From a virus (Duplodnaviria; Caudoviricetes): 44,661 nucleotides of DNA. The position numbers and the translations under genes are program-made. This document shows, piece after piece, positions 16,951 through 24,979 of the stretch. Positions within the stretch are counted from its first letter, which is position 1, and every line of letters starts with the position of its first letter. The notes under the pieces are model-generated. The model searched no databases and was not told the origin of the DNA. It saw only the letters and a program-made list of their open reading frames with translations. The DNA lies in IMG/VR virus record IMGVR_UViG_3300044878_000086, positions 1 through 44,661 of that record; one strand, written 5' to 3'.

Positions 16951-18009
16951 ATGGGCAGCGACCAGATCAGCGACACGATCCGCAACGCGGTCCTACTGGA
17001 AAGCCTCAAGTCCAGCGAGGTCGAGAAGTTCGCGCCATTCCTCAAGCGGATCGACCAGTCGCTACGGGAACAGCTTGGGAAGGGCGAGCTAACCGACTTC
17101 AAGCGCGCCCGACTGGACGAAATGCTCAAGCAGGTTGACGAGGCTCTGGCCGGCATCTTGGTCGAGTACACCGATCAGATGCAGCTTGATCTGATGGATA
17201 TTGCGGCATGGCAGGCAGGCGCTGAGGCGTCAGTGATCAGCGCCGTACTGCCGAGCTATACCGCGACCATCCCTGCACTATCAACGCTCAAGACGGCTGC
17301 CTTCAGGTCGCCATTGGGCGTGAAAGGCGCGGATGGCGGCAAGCTGCTGACCCCATTTATCGAGGACTGGAGCAAGTCCGAGAGGTCCCGGGTCACTGGT
17401 GCGATTCGGCAGGGATGGGCTGAGGGTCAGACGAACTCAGAGATCATCCGCACGCTGCGCGGCACCAAGGACATGAAGTACGCCGACGGCCTTCTGGCGA
17501 TCACTGCCCGAAGCGCTGATGCCGTGACACGCACAGCGATTCAGCACGTTGCCAGCCAGGCGCGCAATCAGTTCGCCAAGCAGAACAGCGACATCGTAAA
17601 GGGCGTGCAGATCATCGCTACGCTGGACGGCCGCACGACCGCTTATTGTCGAGCCGCAGACGGCACCGAGTACGCGATTGACGAAGGGCCGCGCCCCCCG
17701 TTTCACGTTCGTTGCCGGACCAGCTTCATTCTGCTGCTCAAGGATGCGCCGTCGCTTGGCGCTCTGGCCGACCGATCGAGCATGAACGGCCAGGTCAAGG
17801 CCGATACCACTTATTACGAGTGGATAAAGACGCAGCCGGCGGCCTTTCAGGATACGGTCATTGGCAAGGCTCGGGCGAAGCTGTTCCGCGATGGCGGCAT
17901 GACGCCCGAACAGTTCTCTGACCTGCAGATCGGCAACAACTTCAAGCCGCGCACGCTAGACCAACTTCGGCAGATGGTGCCAGAGGCGTTCGCCCGAGCC
18001 GGCCTGTAA
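16951..18009 (+). CDS. head morphogenesis protein (SPP1 gp7/Mu F-like)
   Basis: ATLDGRTT..CR..DG..PPFHVRCRT. Confidence 0.88.
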   Translation: MGSDQISDTIRNAVLLESLKSSEVEKFAPFLKRIDQSLREQLGKGELTDFKRARLDEMLKQVDEALAGILVEYTDQMQLDLMDIAAWQAGAEASVISAVLPSYTATIPALSTLKTAAFRSPLGVKGADGGKLLTPFIEDWSKSERSRVTGAIRQGWAEGQTNSEIIRTLRGTKDMKYADGLLAITARSADAVTRTAIQHVASQARNQFAKQNSDIVKGVQIIATLDGRTTAYCRAADGTEYAIDEGPRPPFHVRCRTSFILLLKDAPSLGALADRSSMNGQVKADTTYYEWIKTQPAAFQDTVIGKARAKLFRDGGMTPEQFSDLQIGNNFKPRTLDQLRQMVPEAFARAGL

Positions 18010-18051
18010 CGAACAACCCACAACTTGGCCTGTGCGCAGGCTGGAGGATTC

Positions 18052-18291
18052 ATGAGCACTATCGAATATCGCGTAATACCTGTCACTCGCTACATCGTCA
18101 CCCGCTACACCGAAATTGATGGTGGAGGCTGCTCGGAGCAGATCGGCGAATTCCCGAGCGGGACAGCTGCTGACTTTGTGGCTGACGGCATGGTCGCCGC
18201 AGAGCAGGCCCGCGGGCTGAATGCCGAGCGACACCGATCCGGGCTAAGCCTTGGGGAAGTGATCAGCGGAAAGCGCATCGAGAGCGCATAG
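18052..18291 (+). CDS. hypothetical protein
   Basis: GGAGG SD, followed by a terminator. Confidence 0.6.
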   Translation: MSTIEYRVIPVTRYIVTRYTEIDGGGCSEQIGEFPSGTAADFVADGMVAAEQARGLNAERHRSGLSLGEVISGKRIESA

Positions 18292-18311
18292 CCGTCAACC
18301 AAATCAAATAC

Positions 18312-18334
18312 GCCTCGCATCTGCGGGGCTTTTT
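18312..18334 (+). terminator. intrinsic terminator
   Basis: GCCTCGCA-TC-TGCGGGGC-TTTTT. Confidence 0.7.
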
Positions 18335-18395
18335 ATTGCCTGTCTGTTCGGATGAGCGGGGCGCACTGGGCCGGATGGCCTGCTAGGAGAAACAA

Positions 18396-19133
18396 ATGAA
18401 ACTCAAGCTCGACGAAAACGGCCATGTAGTTGTTCAGGAAGGCAAACCGGTTTACGTGCACGAGGATGGGAAGGAAGTGGCGTTCGATGCCTCTGGCACC
18501 GTGTCCACCATCACCCGCCTGAATGCCGAAGCCAAGAGTCATCGCGAGCGCGCCGAGTCTGCCGAGAAGTCGCTGAAAGGCTTCGACGGTATCGCCGACC
18601 CTGCCGCTGCCCGCAATGCGCTGGACGTTGTATCCAAGTTGGATCAGAAAAAACTGGTGGATGCCGGCGAGATCGACACGGTACGCAACGAAATCAGCAA
18701 GGCCTTCCAAACCCAGCTGGACGAAGCCAACGGCAAGGCGCAGACCTACGAGCAGCAGCTGTATGCCGAGAAGATCGGCGGCAGTTTCGCCCGCTCGAAG
18801 TACATCGCCGACAAGCTGGCTGTGCCAGTGGACATGGTTCAGGCCACTTTCGGCCAGAACCTGAAGATCGAGGAAGGCAAGGTCGTCGCTTATGACACCC
18901 AAGGCCAGAAGATTTTCAGCCGCTCCCGCCCCGGCGAACTGGCCGACTTCGACGAAGCCATCGAGACACTTGTTTCGCAGTACCCACACCGCGACCACAT
19001 CCTGAAGAGTTCCAACGCCAACGGCGGCGGCGCTCCGAACGGTGGTGGCAACCCGAACGCACCGAAGGGCAACTTCGGCGGCAGCAAAGCAGATCGCGTA
19101 GCAGCCATTAAGGCCATGACCGCAACAAGCTAA
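18396..19133 (+). CDS. capsid scaffolding protein
   Basis: Coiled-coil protein with Gly-rich tail directly before the capsid gene. Confidence 0.8.
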   Translation: MKLKLDENGHVVVQEGKPVYVHEDGKEVAFDASGTVSTITRLNAEAKSHRERAESAEKSLKGFDGIADPAAARNALDVVSKLDQKKLVDAGEIDTVRNEISKAFQTQLDEANGKAQTYEQQLYAEKIGGSFARSKYIADKLAVPVDMVQATFGQNLKIEEGKVVAYDTQGQKIFSRSRPGELADFDEAIETLVSQYPHRDHILKSSNANGGGAPNGGGNPNAPKGNFGGSKADRVAAIKAMTATS

Positions 19134-19142
19134 GGAGCAACT

Positions 19143-20111
19143 ATGTCCCTGTCGAACATGAAGGTATTCAACGAGTACCTGAAGAAAACCACCATCGAAA
19201 CCCTGGCGCAGGACGTTGAGAAGTTCAACGCCGCTTCTGCCGGATCCATCCGTCTGACCACTCAAGGCATCGACGGCGACTTTCTGCAAGAGTCGTTCTG
19301 GGCAGGCCTGCACAGCGCTCAGCGTCGTGTTGACCGCTATGCAGCCAACGGCGCGCAGGCTGCAACCCCGCTGACTCAGAAGCAATACGACTCGGTGAAG
19401 ATCGCAGGCGGCTTCGGCCCGATCCTGTGGGAGCCTTCGCAGCTGTCGTGGGTTCAGAAGAACCCGGAAGAAGCACTGGAAGTGATCAGCCGCAACCTGT
19501 CCGAAGCCATCATGTCGGACCAGTTGAACACCGCCATCGCCGCTCTGGTCGCCGCCATTGGCAACCAGCCAACCGCCACCAACGACGTTTCCGCCACTGC
19601 CGGCGTGGACTACGTCGCCATCAACAACGCTCACGCGCTGTTCGGTGACGCCTCTCAGCGTCTGATTGCGCAGGTAATGACCGGGGCCATGTACCACAAG
19701 CTGATCGGCAAGAACCTGGTCAACGCCGAGAAGCTGTTCACCTTCAGTGGTGTGCAGGTAGTCGACATCCTGGGCAAGGCCGTAATCATCACCGACGCCG
19801 CGGCTCTGTACGAGGCTGGCACCCCGAACAAGCAGAAGGTGCTGAGCCTGGCTGACGGCGCTGCAATGGTGATGGATGGTTCCGACCTGATCACCAACAT
19901 CCAGACCTCCAACGGCAAGGAGCGCATCGAGACCACCATGCAAAGCGATTATTCGTTCGGCTTGGGCCTTAAGGGTTTCACGTGGGATGTTGCTGGTGGC
20001 GGCAAATCTCCAACAAGTGCCGAGATTGCAACTGGGAGCAATTGGGATCTTGTGGCGGCCACCATCAAGATGAGCGCGGGCGTGATTACCATTGGTGATG
20101 CGACCAAGTAA
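19143..20111 (+). CDS. major capsid protein
   Basis: Position, size (322 aa), strongly biased codons, G.KG.TWD..GGKSPT..ATGSNW C-terminal motif. Confidence 0.88.
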   Translation: MSLSNMKVFNEYLKKTTIETLAQDVEKFNAASAGSIRLTTQGIDGDFLQESFWAGLHSAQRRVDRYAANGAQAATPLTQKQYDSVKIAGGFGPILWEPSQLSWVQKNPEEALEVISRNLSEAIMSDQLNTAIAALVAAIGNQPTATNDVSATAGVDYVAINNAHALFGDASQRLIAQVMTGAMYHKLIGKNLVNAEKLFTFSGVQVVDILGKAVIITDAAALYEAGTPNKQKVLSLADGAAMVMDGSDLITNIQTSNGKERIETTMQSDYSFGLGLKGFTWDVAGGGKSPTSAEIATGSNWDLVAATIKMSAGVITIGDATK

Positions 20112-20211
20112 GCGTGTAAAATGATCATGTCAGGACAGCCCATTGCAAGGGGTTTTCGGCTCCGATAAGCCGGATTACTGACACTCATTTCTAGCCTTAT
20201 CGGAGGCCGTC

Positions 20212-20703
20212 ATGCTTGATCAATCTCGTCTGAAAGAAATTCTCCACTACGACCCGGAAACGGGTGTATTCACTTGGCTAAAGCCTACATCCAACAGGGT
20301 TAGGGTCGGCGCCGTGTGCGATACCGTAGGGCCTATCGGGTATGTCGTTATCGGCTTATTGGGTAAAAGGCAATACGCTCACCGCCTTGCTTGGCTCTAT
20401 ATGACAGGCGAGTGGCCGTCCGATCAGGTTGATCATGTCAATTGCATCAAGCTGGACAACAGATGGTCGAATCTGCGAGTTGCTGGAAAATCCAAAAACA
20501 TGCAGAACATCGGACTGAGATCCAATAACTCAAGCGGCTTTACGGGTGTTGGGTTCCATGCTCAAACAGGAAGATGGCGCGCCTTCATCGTTGTCGCTGG
20601 AAAAATGGTTCATGTTGGTCTGTTCGACACAATAGAGCAGGCCTCTAGAGCTAGAGAGAATGCAGCGATCAAGCAATATGGCGAGTTCTATCACGCCGGA
20701 TAA
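20212..20703 (+). CDS. free-standing HNH homing endonuclease with AP2-like domain
   Basis: LHYDPETGVFTW, AHRLAW, VDHVN..KLDNRWSNLR, NSSGFTGV..WRAFI; lower GC than neighbours. Confidence 0.92.
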   Translation: MLDQSRLKEILHYDPETGVFTWLKPTSNRVRVGAVCDTVGPIGYVVIGLLGKRQYAHRLAWLYMTGEWPSDQVDHVNCIKLDNRWSNLRVAGKSKNMQNIGLRSNNSSGFTGVGFHAQTGRWRAFIVVAGKMVHVGLFDTIEQASRARENAAIKQYGEFYHAG

Positions 20704-20718
20704 TCAAACAGATAATGC

Positions 20719-20745
20719 AAGGCCGACCACTGAGTCGGCCTTTTT
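20719..20745 (+). terminator. intrinsic terminator
   Basis: AAGGCCGAC-CACTGA-GTCGGCCTTTTT. Confidence 0.75.
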
Positions 20746-20762
20746 GTGCCTGGAGAATAGCC

Positions 20763-20939
20763 ATGAGCGAGAAAGTCGTTTACGAGAAGCACCCGGTCAC
20801 TGCTGAGCGCAAGGCTGAACTGCGCCAGAAGGGCTACAAGATCATCGACGCCAAGTTCGCGCCGGATGACTACAAGCACCCCGAGCCGATCAAGGCCGCG
20901 AAGTCCGGCGGTGCAAGCCAGAAGGCCGAACAGGAATAA
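20763..20939 (+). CDS. small head-associated hypothetical protein
   Basis: GGAG SD; YEKHPV..KAELRQKGYKIIDAKFAP. Confidence 0.65.
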   Translation: MSEKVVYEKHPVTAERKAELRQKGYKIIDAKFAPDDYKHPEPIKAAKSGGASQKAEQE

Positions 20940-20942
20940 CCC

Positions 20943-21320
20943 ATGACCGACTTCATCACTGTTGCAGACGTTGACACATTGCTGGGGTCGGGCTGGGCGG
21001 GTGCCGGTGATCCGGTTATGTCTGTGATGCAGGCCAACGCCTGGCTGACCAGCAAGATTAAGCGTCCTGTCCCCGCCGAAGTACCGGCCGAGATCAAGCA
21101 GGCCGGCGCCCAAGTCGCAAAAATCGCCTCGACGGGCTCCCTGTACAAGGCCACCGACCGCGAGACGGTCAGTGAGACGGTATCGGCCGCCTCTGGCACG
21201 TCCGTCAGCGAAACCTACGTTCAGGGCTCTGTCGCGCTGTCTGCGGGGGAGAGCTTCGCCCTGGCGCTGATCTATCCCTGGACCACTGGCACCAATTCCA
21301 TTCCGATGGTGAGGGGCTGA
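20943..21320 (+). CDS. head-tail adaptor
   Basis: Synteny; VPAEIKQA motif. Confidence 0.65.
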   Translation: MTDFITVADVDTLLGSGWAGAGDPVMSVMQANAWLTSKIKRPVPAEVPAEIKQAGAQVAKIASTGSLYKATDRETVSETVSAASGTSVSETYVQGSVALSAGESFALALIYPWTTGTNSIPMVRG

Positions 21321-21322
21321 GC

Positions 21323-21706
21323 ATGGGCCTACAGGACAAGCTTCAGACCAAGCTGGCCAAGGCCTTCGATGGGAAGCTGGCCGACGCCGTGTCGGCGTTC
21401 ACTGGTTCGTATCAGGGGCCAGGCGTCTATGACCCGGTCACTGAAGAGACAACCGCTCAGCCCGTGACCTATACCGGCCGAGGTGTGCTGGCCGAGTACG
21501 AAACCAAGCGCATCGACAACATCAACATCCTGTCGGGTGACCTGAAGCTGATCGCGCTGACCAATGAGGTCACCGACAGACCGGCCGAAGGGCATACGAT
21601 CACGGCACCGGATCTGGCCGACCGATCAAAGTCTGTCGCCTACCTGGTCAGGTCTGTTCAGGTTGATCCGGCATCCGCTACCTACCAAATTCAGCTGAGG
21701 AAGTGA
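21323..21706 (+). CDS. head closure / head-tail joining protein
   Basis: Synteny; GVYDPVT..GDLKL..DPASATYQIQLR. Confidence 0.65.
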   Translation: MGLQDKLQTKLAKAFDGKLADAVSAFTGSYQGPGVYDPVTEETTAQPVTYTGRGVLAEYETKRIDNINILSGDLKLIALTNEVTDRPAEGHTITAPDLADRSKSVAYLVRSVQVDPASATYQIQLRK

Positions 21707-21709
21707 CCC

Positions 21710-22090
21710 ATGGCCAGAGGGTGGAGCGTACCGCCGAGCCTGTTCATGGGCGCGGTAGAGCAGGACTTATCGAAGAAGATCAGGACCATCGCGATTCAGC
21801 TGCTAAATGAAATAACCATGCGGATGCCGGTAGATACCGGCCGAGCTCGAGCGAACACCATCGTGAGTATTGGGACGCCGGTTTATCAAGTCCTGGATCG
21901 CTACGACAAGTCCGGCGGCAACACGATCATGGAGGGAGCCTCCCGCCTCAGTGGTCTTGAGCCGTACACGGTGGTTTACCTGCAGAACAACCTGCCCTAC
22001 ATCGAGAAGCTCGAAGACGGCCACTCGAAACAAGCCCCAATAGGCATGTTCGGCGTGGCATTCAACAGCGTGGCGAGGGCCAATCAATGA
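21710..22090 (+). CDS. HK97 gp10-like tail completion protein
   Basis: PVDTGRARAN, NNLPYIEKLEDGHSKQAP. Confidence 0.85.
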   Translation: MARGWSVPPSLFMGAVEQDLSKKIRTIAIQLLNEITMRMPVDTGRARANTIVSIGTPVYQVLDRYDKSGGNTIMEGASRLSGLEPYTVVYLQNNLPYIEKLEDGHSKQAPIGMFGVAFNSVARANQ

Positions 22091-22482
22091 CCTTCGAACA
22101 AATCCGCGCAATCGTCATCACCCGCATGACGCAGTGGACTGGCATCCCTGCGGCAAGCGTCGATTACCCGAACAACAAAGTGTTTGACCCGGCCGGGAAA
22201 GCCATATGGGCGCGGCTGTCGAACATACCCGGCCTATCCAGTGCACCCGAGGTCGGATTGACCCCGCATGTGCGCAAGACCGGCATCGTCATCGTTCAGC
22301 TGTTCGTGCCGAACTACACCGGCACCCTCGCCATCACCAAGGCCGCAGACACGCTGGTCGAGCAGTTCCAGTTCTTCAGCCAAGGCACCTTTGAGTGCTT
22401 CGCAGCCTCGTCCGCGCAGATCGGCGACGACGGCAACGGATGGTTCCAAGTGAACATTCAGATCCCATACCGGGCGCACTGA
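22087..22482 (+). CDS. tail terminator protein
   Basis: Synteny; GIVIVQLFVP..G..WFQVNIQIPY. Confidence 0.7.
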   Translation: MTFEQIRAIVITRMTQWTGIPAASVDYPNNKVFDPAGKAIWARLSNIPGLSSAPEVGLTPHVRKTGIVIVQLFVPNYTGTLAITKAADTLVEQFQFFSQGTFECFAASSAQIGDDGNGWFQVNIQIPYRAH

Positions 22483-22513
22483 GCCCCAAACCCCCGCAGC
22501 AGGAGAAACACCA

Positions 22514-23683
22514 ATGAGTTCAGGCGCCAAGAACCGGACGGCCTATGTCCGCGAAATAACACCAGGCGTTACCCCTGGGTCCGGATGGAAAGAGCTGATC
22601 CGTACCTCCTACGGCCTCGGCCCCACCCAAAACACCGCCGAGAACAACGAGATCGCGCAAACCCGCATGTCTCAGGGCACCACGGCGACCACCGTTGACG
22701 TGGCGGGAGAGGTCGGCCAGAAGTGGCGCTATGGCGGCGCAATTGACGATTTCCTGGCCTCCTGCTTTGGCAAGGACTGGGCGGCCGACTCTCTGACCCT
22801 TGGCGATGAGCGTATTTCGTTCTCCCTGGCCTCGTTCGCCAGTGATGTGCTGGTTTCGTCGATTGCCCGCGGTGCGCAGGTAGCCTCGATGGCCTTCACC
22901 TTCGGCACCGATGACGACATCACCATTGCCACCAACTTCACGGCAACCGGATGGGAAGGCAAGGTCGACGCAACGCCGTACTTCAGCGGCGCGACCGCAG
23001 AGCCACACGCCGCACGCTACAACTTCAAGGACTTCATCAGTCTGACCCTGGATGGCGTGGAAGCAGCGCCGGGAAGCGGTACCTGCATCAGCGCCATGGA
23101 CCTGACGTTTGATAACAACATTCAGACCCAGCGCTGCATCAACAACGGCGCGTTCGCGGGTAACGTGATTCCGACCATCTTCGGCGCGACTGGCTCGATC
23201 ACCATTGCGTGGTCGGCGGCCTCGTATGCGCTGTGGATCAAGCAGCAAACAGGCGATTCCGTGGCAGTGGCCTTCACCATTGAGAACAACGATGGTCGCT
23301 ACACCTTCACCCTCCCGGAAATGGAAGTGAATGGTGACTGGCCGGACGGTGGCGCGACTGACGTGATCGAGGTTCAGCTGAACGTGGCAGCCCGCCGCAC
23401 GGCCCCGACCATCACTCGCGCTGCGTACGTGGCGCCCACCAGCGTGACCATCGCGCCGGCCTCGGTGTCCATCGCGGTCGCCGCTACTCAGCAGCTGACC
23501 TCGACCGTCGCCCCGGCTGGCGCATACCAAGGCGTCACCTGGTCGAGCAGCGACCCGACCAAGGCCACTGTATCGGCTACTGGCCTGGTCACCGGCGTGG
23601 CGATCGGCTCGGCCGTCATCACCGCCACCAGCGTCTCCGACCCGACCAAGACTGCGACCCGCAACGTCACTGTCACCGCCTAA
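22514..23683 (+). CDS. major tail tube protein with C-terminal Ig-like (Big_2) domain
   Basis: ITPGVTP N-terminus; VTWSSSDPTKATVSATGLVTGVAIGSAVITATS. Confidence 0.88.
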   Translation: MSSGAKNRTAYVREITPGVTPGSGWKELIRTSYGLGPTQNTAENNEIAQTRMSQGTTATTVDVAGEVGQKWRYGGAIDDFLASCFGKDWAADSLTLGDERISFSLASFASDVLVSSIARGAQVASMAFTFGTDDDITIATNFTATGWEGKVDATPYFSGATAEPHAARYNFKDFISLTLDGVEAAPGSGTCISAMDLTFDNNIQTQRCINNGAFAGNVIPTIFGATGSITIAWSAASYALWIKQQTGDSVAVAFTIENNDGRYTFTLPEMEVNGDWPDGGATDVIEVQLNVAARRTAPTITRAAYVAPTSVTIAPASVSIAVAATQQLTSTVAPAGAYQGVTWSSSDPTKATVSATGLVTGVAIGSAVITATSVSDPTKTATRNVTVTA

Positions 23684-23731
23684 CCACCTACATGCAGCCG
23701 CCCTTAACCGGGCGGCCACAAGGATTTCCGC

Positions 23732-24247
23732 ATGACCTTCATTCTCCAGAAAAAAGAACACCTCGACGCCCTGTCCACCCGCTGGATTGAGCCGGTCGAG
23801 GGCTTGCGCATTAAGGTGGCCTCGGCGGCGAAGGAAGGCTACAAGAACGATTTCCGCGTGGTGATGCGTCATGTGCAGGCCCTGTCAGGTCAGCACGGCA
23901 TCGGCACCGAAGGCTTCAGCGTCCTGAAGATGGCCGACCTGCCGCCGCTCGACTCTGACAAGTTGTTTGTCGAACTGGCGTGCAAGCATCTGGTCATCGA
24001 CTGGGAAGGCGTGGCCGAGGCCGACGACCCGAGCAAGCCGACCCCGTACACCCCAGAGCGCGGCGTGCTGCTGATGGAGCAGCTGCCCGAGATCTACTTT
24101 GTCGTCATGCAGGCCGCCCAGGCCATCGCCTTGCGTCAGAAGGAGCAGGCAGCGGAAACCCTGGGAAAGTCCTCGACGCCTACCGCTGGGCCGTCGAGTG
24201 GGCGGGCGAAGCGAACGAGCGAAAAAGGAAAGTCCACGAGCGCTTAA
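23732..24247 (+). CDS. tail assembly chaperone (gpG-like)
   Basis: Between tube and tape measure; LVIDWEGV..PYTPE. Confidence 0.8.
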   Translation: MTFILQKKEHLDALSTRWIEPVEGLRIKVASAAKEGYKNDFRVVMRHVQALSGQHGIGTEGFSVLKMADLPPLDSDKLFVELACKHLVIDWEGVAEADDPSKPTPYTPERGVLLMEQLPEIYFVVMQAAQAIALRQKEQAAETLGKSSTPTAGPSSGRAKRTSEKGKSTSA

Positions 24248-24513
24248 GGGTTGCGGTGCCGGATCAACCCGAGATTGACGTTGTAGGCGATGAGTTGCTG
24301 ACGGCCTATTACGCGATCAGTCGCGGTCGACAGTATGTCGGCATGGCTGCCGCGCCTGCGCCGATATCCATCAGTGCAATCAGCGACTACCTGTCGGCCT
24401 ACGGATCATCCGTGGACCGGCGAGAGTTCGACGAGGCGATCTTTGCCCTGGACGACGTGTTCCGCAAGAACTGGGAAGACGAGCAGGATAAAAAGAAGAC
24501 GAAGGACAAGTAG
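24163..24513 (+). CDS. gpT-like extension reached by -1 frameshift
   Basis: Slippery G-GGA-AAG (24163-24169) in frame; the -1 frame is open as GKVLDAYRWAVEW... to 24513. Confidence 0.85.
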   Translation, partial: GKVLDAYRWAVEWAGEANERKRKVHERLRVAVPDQPEIDVVGDELLTAYYAISRGRQYVGMAAAPAPISISAISDYLSAYGSSVDRREFDEAIFALDDVFRKNWEDEQDKKKTKDK

Positions 24514-24564
24514 TGAACTGCGCGCGGTCAGTGGTAGATTGCCTTCATCGACAAGGAGGTATCT

Positions 24565-24921
24565 ATGCAACCGATTTGGGGATTTGTCCTCTTCGCACTG
24601 ATCTGCGGCCTGTCAGCGCTCATCGCTCGCAAGCGCGGGAACAGCGGCCTACTTCACGCCGCCATTACCGTCGCACTGGGCTTCGGTTTCGTCATCGCTG
24701 TGGCCAAGGCTACAGGCGGAACCGATCCGTTCTCGGCAGCACTTGGCGGCTTCATCGGTGGCGCCGCTGGTGTGCTGTTCGCCTGGCTGCGCCGATCCGA
24801 TGCCCAGCAGGCCGAACATTCCGGGTCATCCGCCGGGCACAAGACCTGCAAGTTCTGCGCTGAAGTCGTCAAGCTGGAAGCGCTCAAGTGCAAGCACTGC
24901 GGATCTGACCTGTCCGGGTGA
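24565..24921 (+). CDS. moron: membrane protein with C-terminal double zinc ribbon
   Basis: Three TM segments, CKFC..CKHC; own extended -10 (TGgTAGATT 24532-24540), AAGGAGG SD and terminator. Confidence 0.75.
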   Translation: MQPIWGFVLFALICGLSALIARKRGNSGLLHAAITVALGFGFVIAVAKATGGTDPFSAALGGFIGGAAGVLFAWLRRSDAQQAEHSGSSAGHKTCKFCAEVVKLEALKCKHCGSDLSG

Positions 24922-24940
24922 CTCATCATTGAAATAAGAG

Positions 24941-24962
24941 ACCGCCTACGGGCGGTTTTTTT
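24941..24962 (+). terminator. intrinsic terminator
   Basis: ACCGCC-TACG-GGCGGT-T6. Confidence 0.8.
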
Positions 24963-24979
24963 ATGCCCGGAGAAAACTC

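Noticed and set aside
18333-19943. 536-aa minus-strand ORF, and similar long antisense ORFs at 22520-23872, 26105-27547 and 10231-11325
   Set aside because: Shadow frames of high-GC, codon-biased genes on the opposite strand; no motifs or SD
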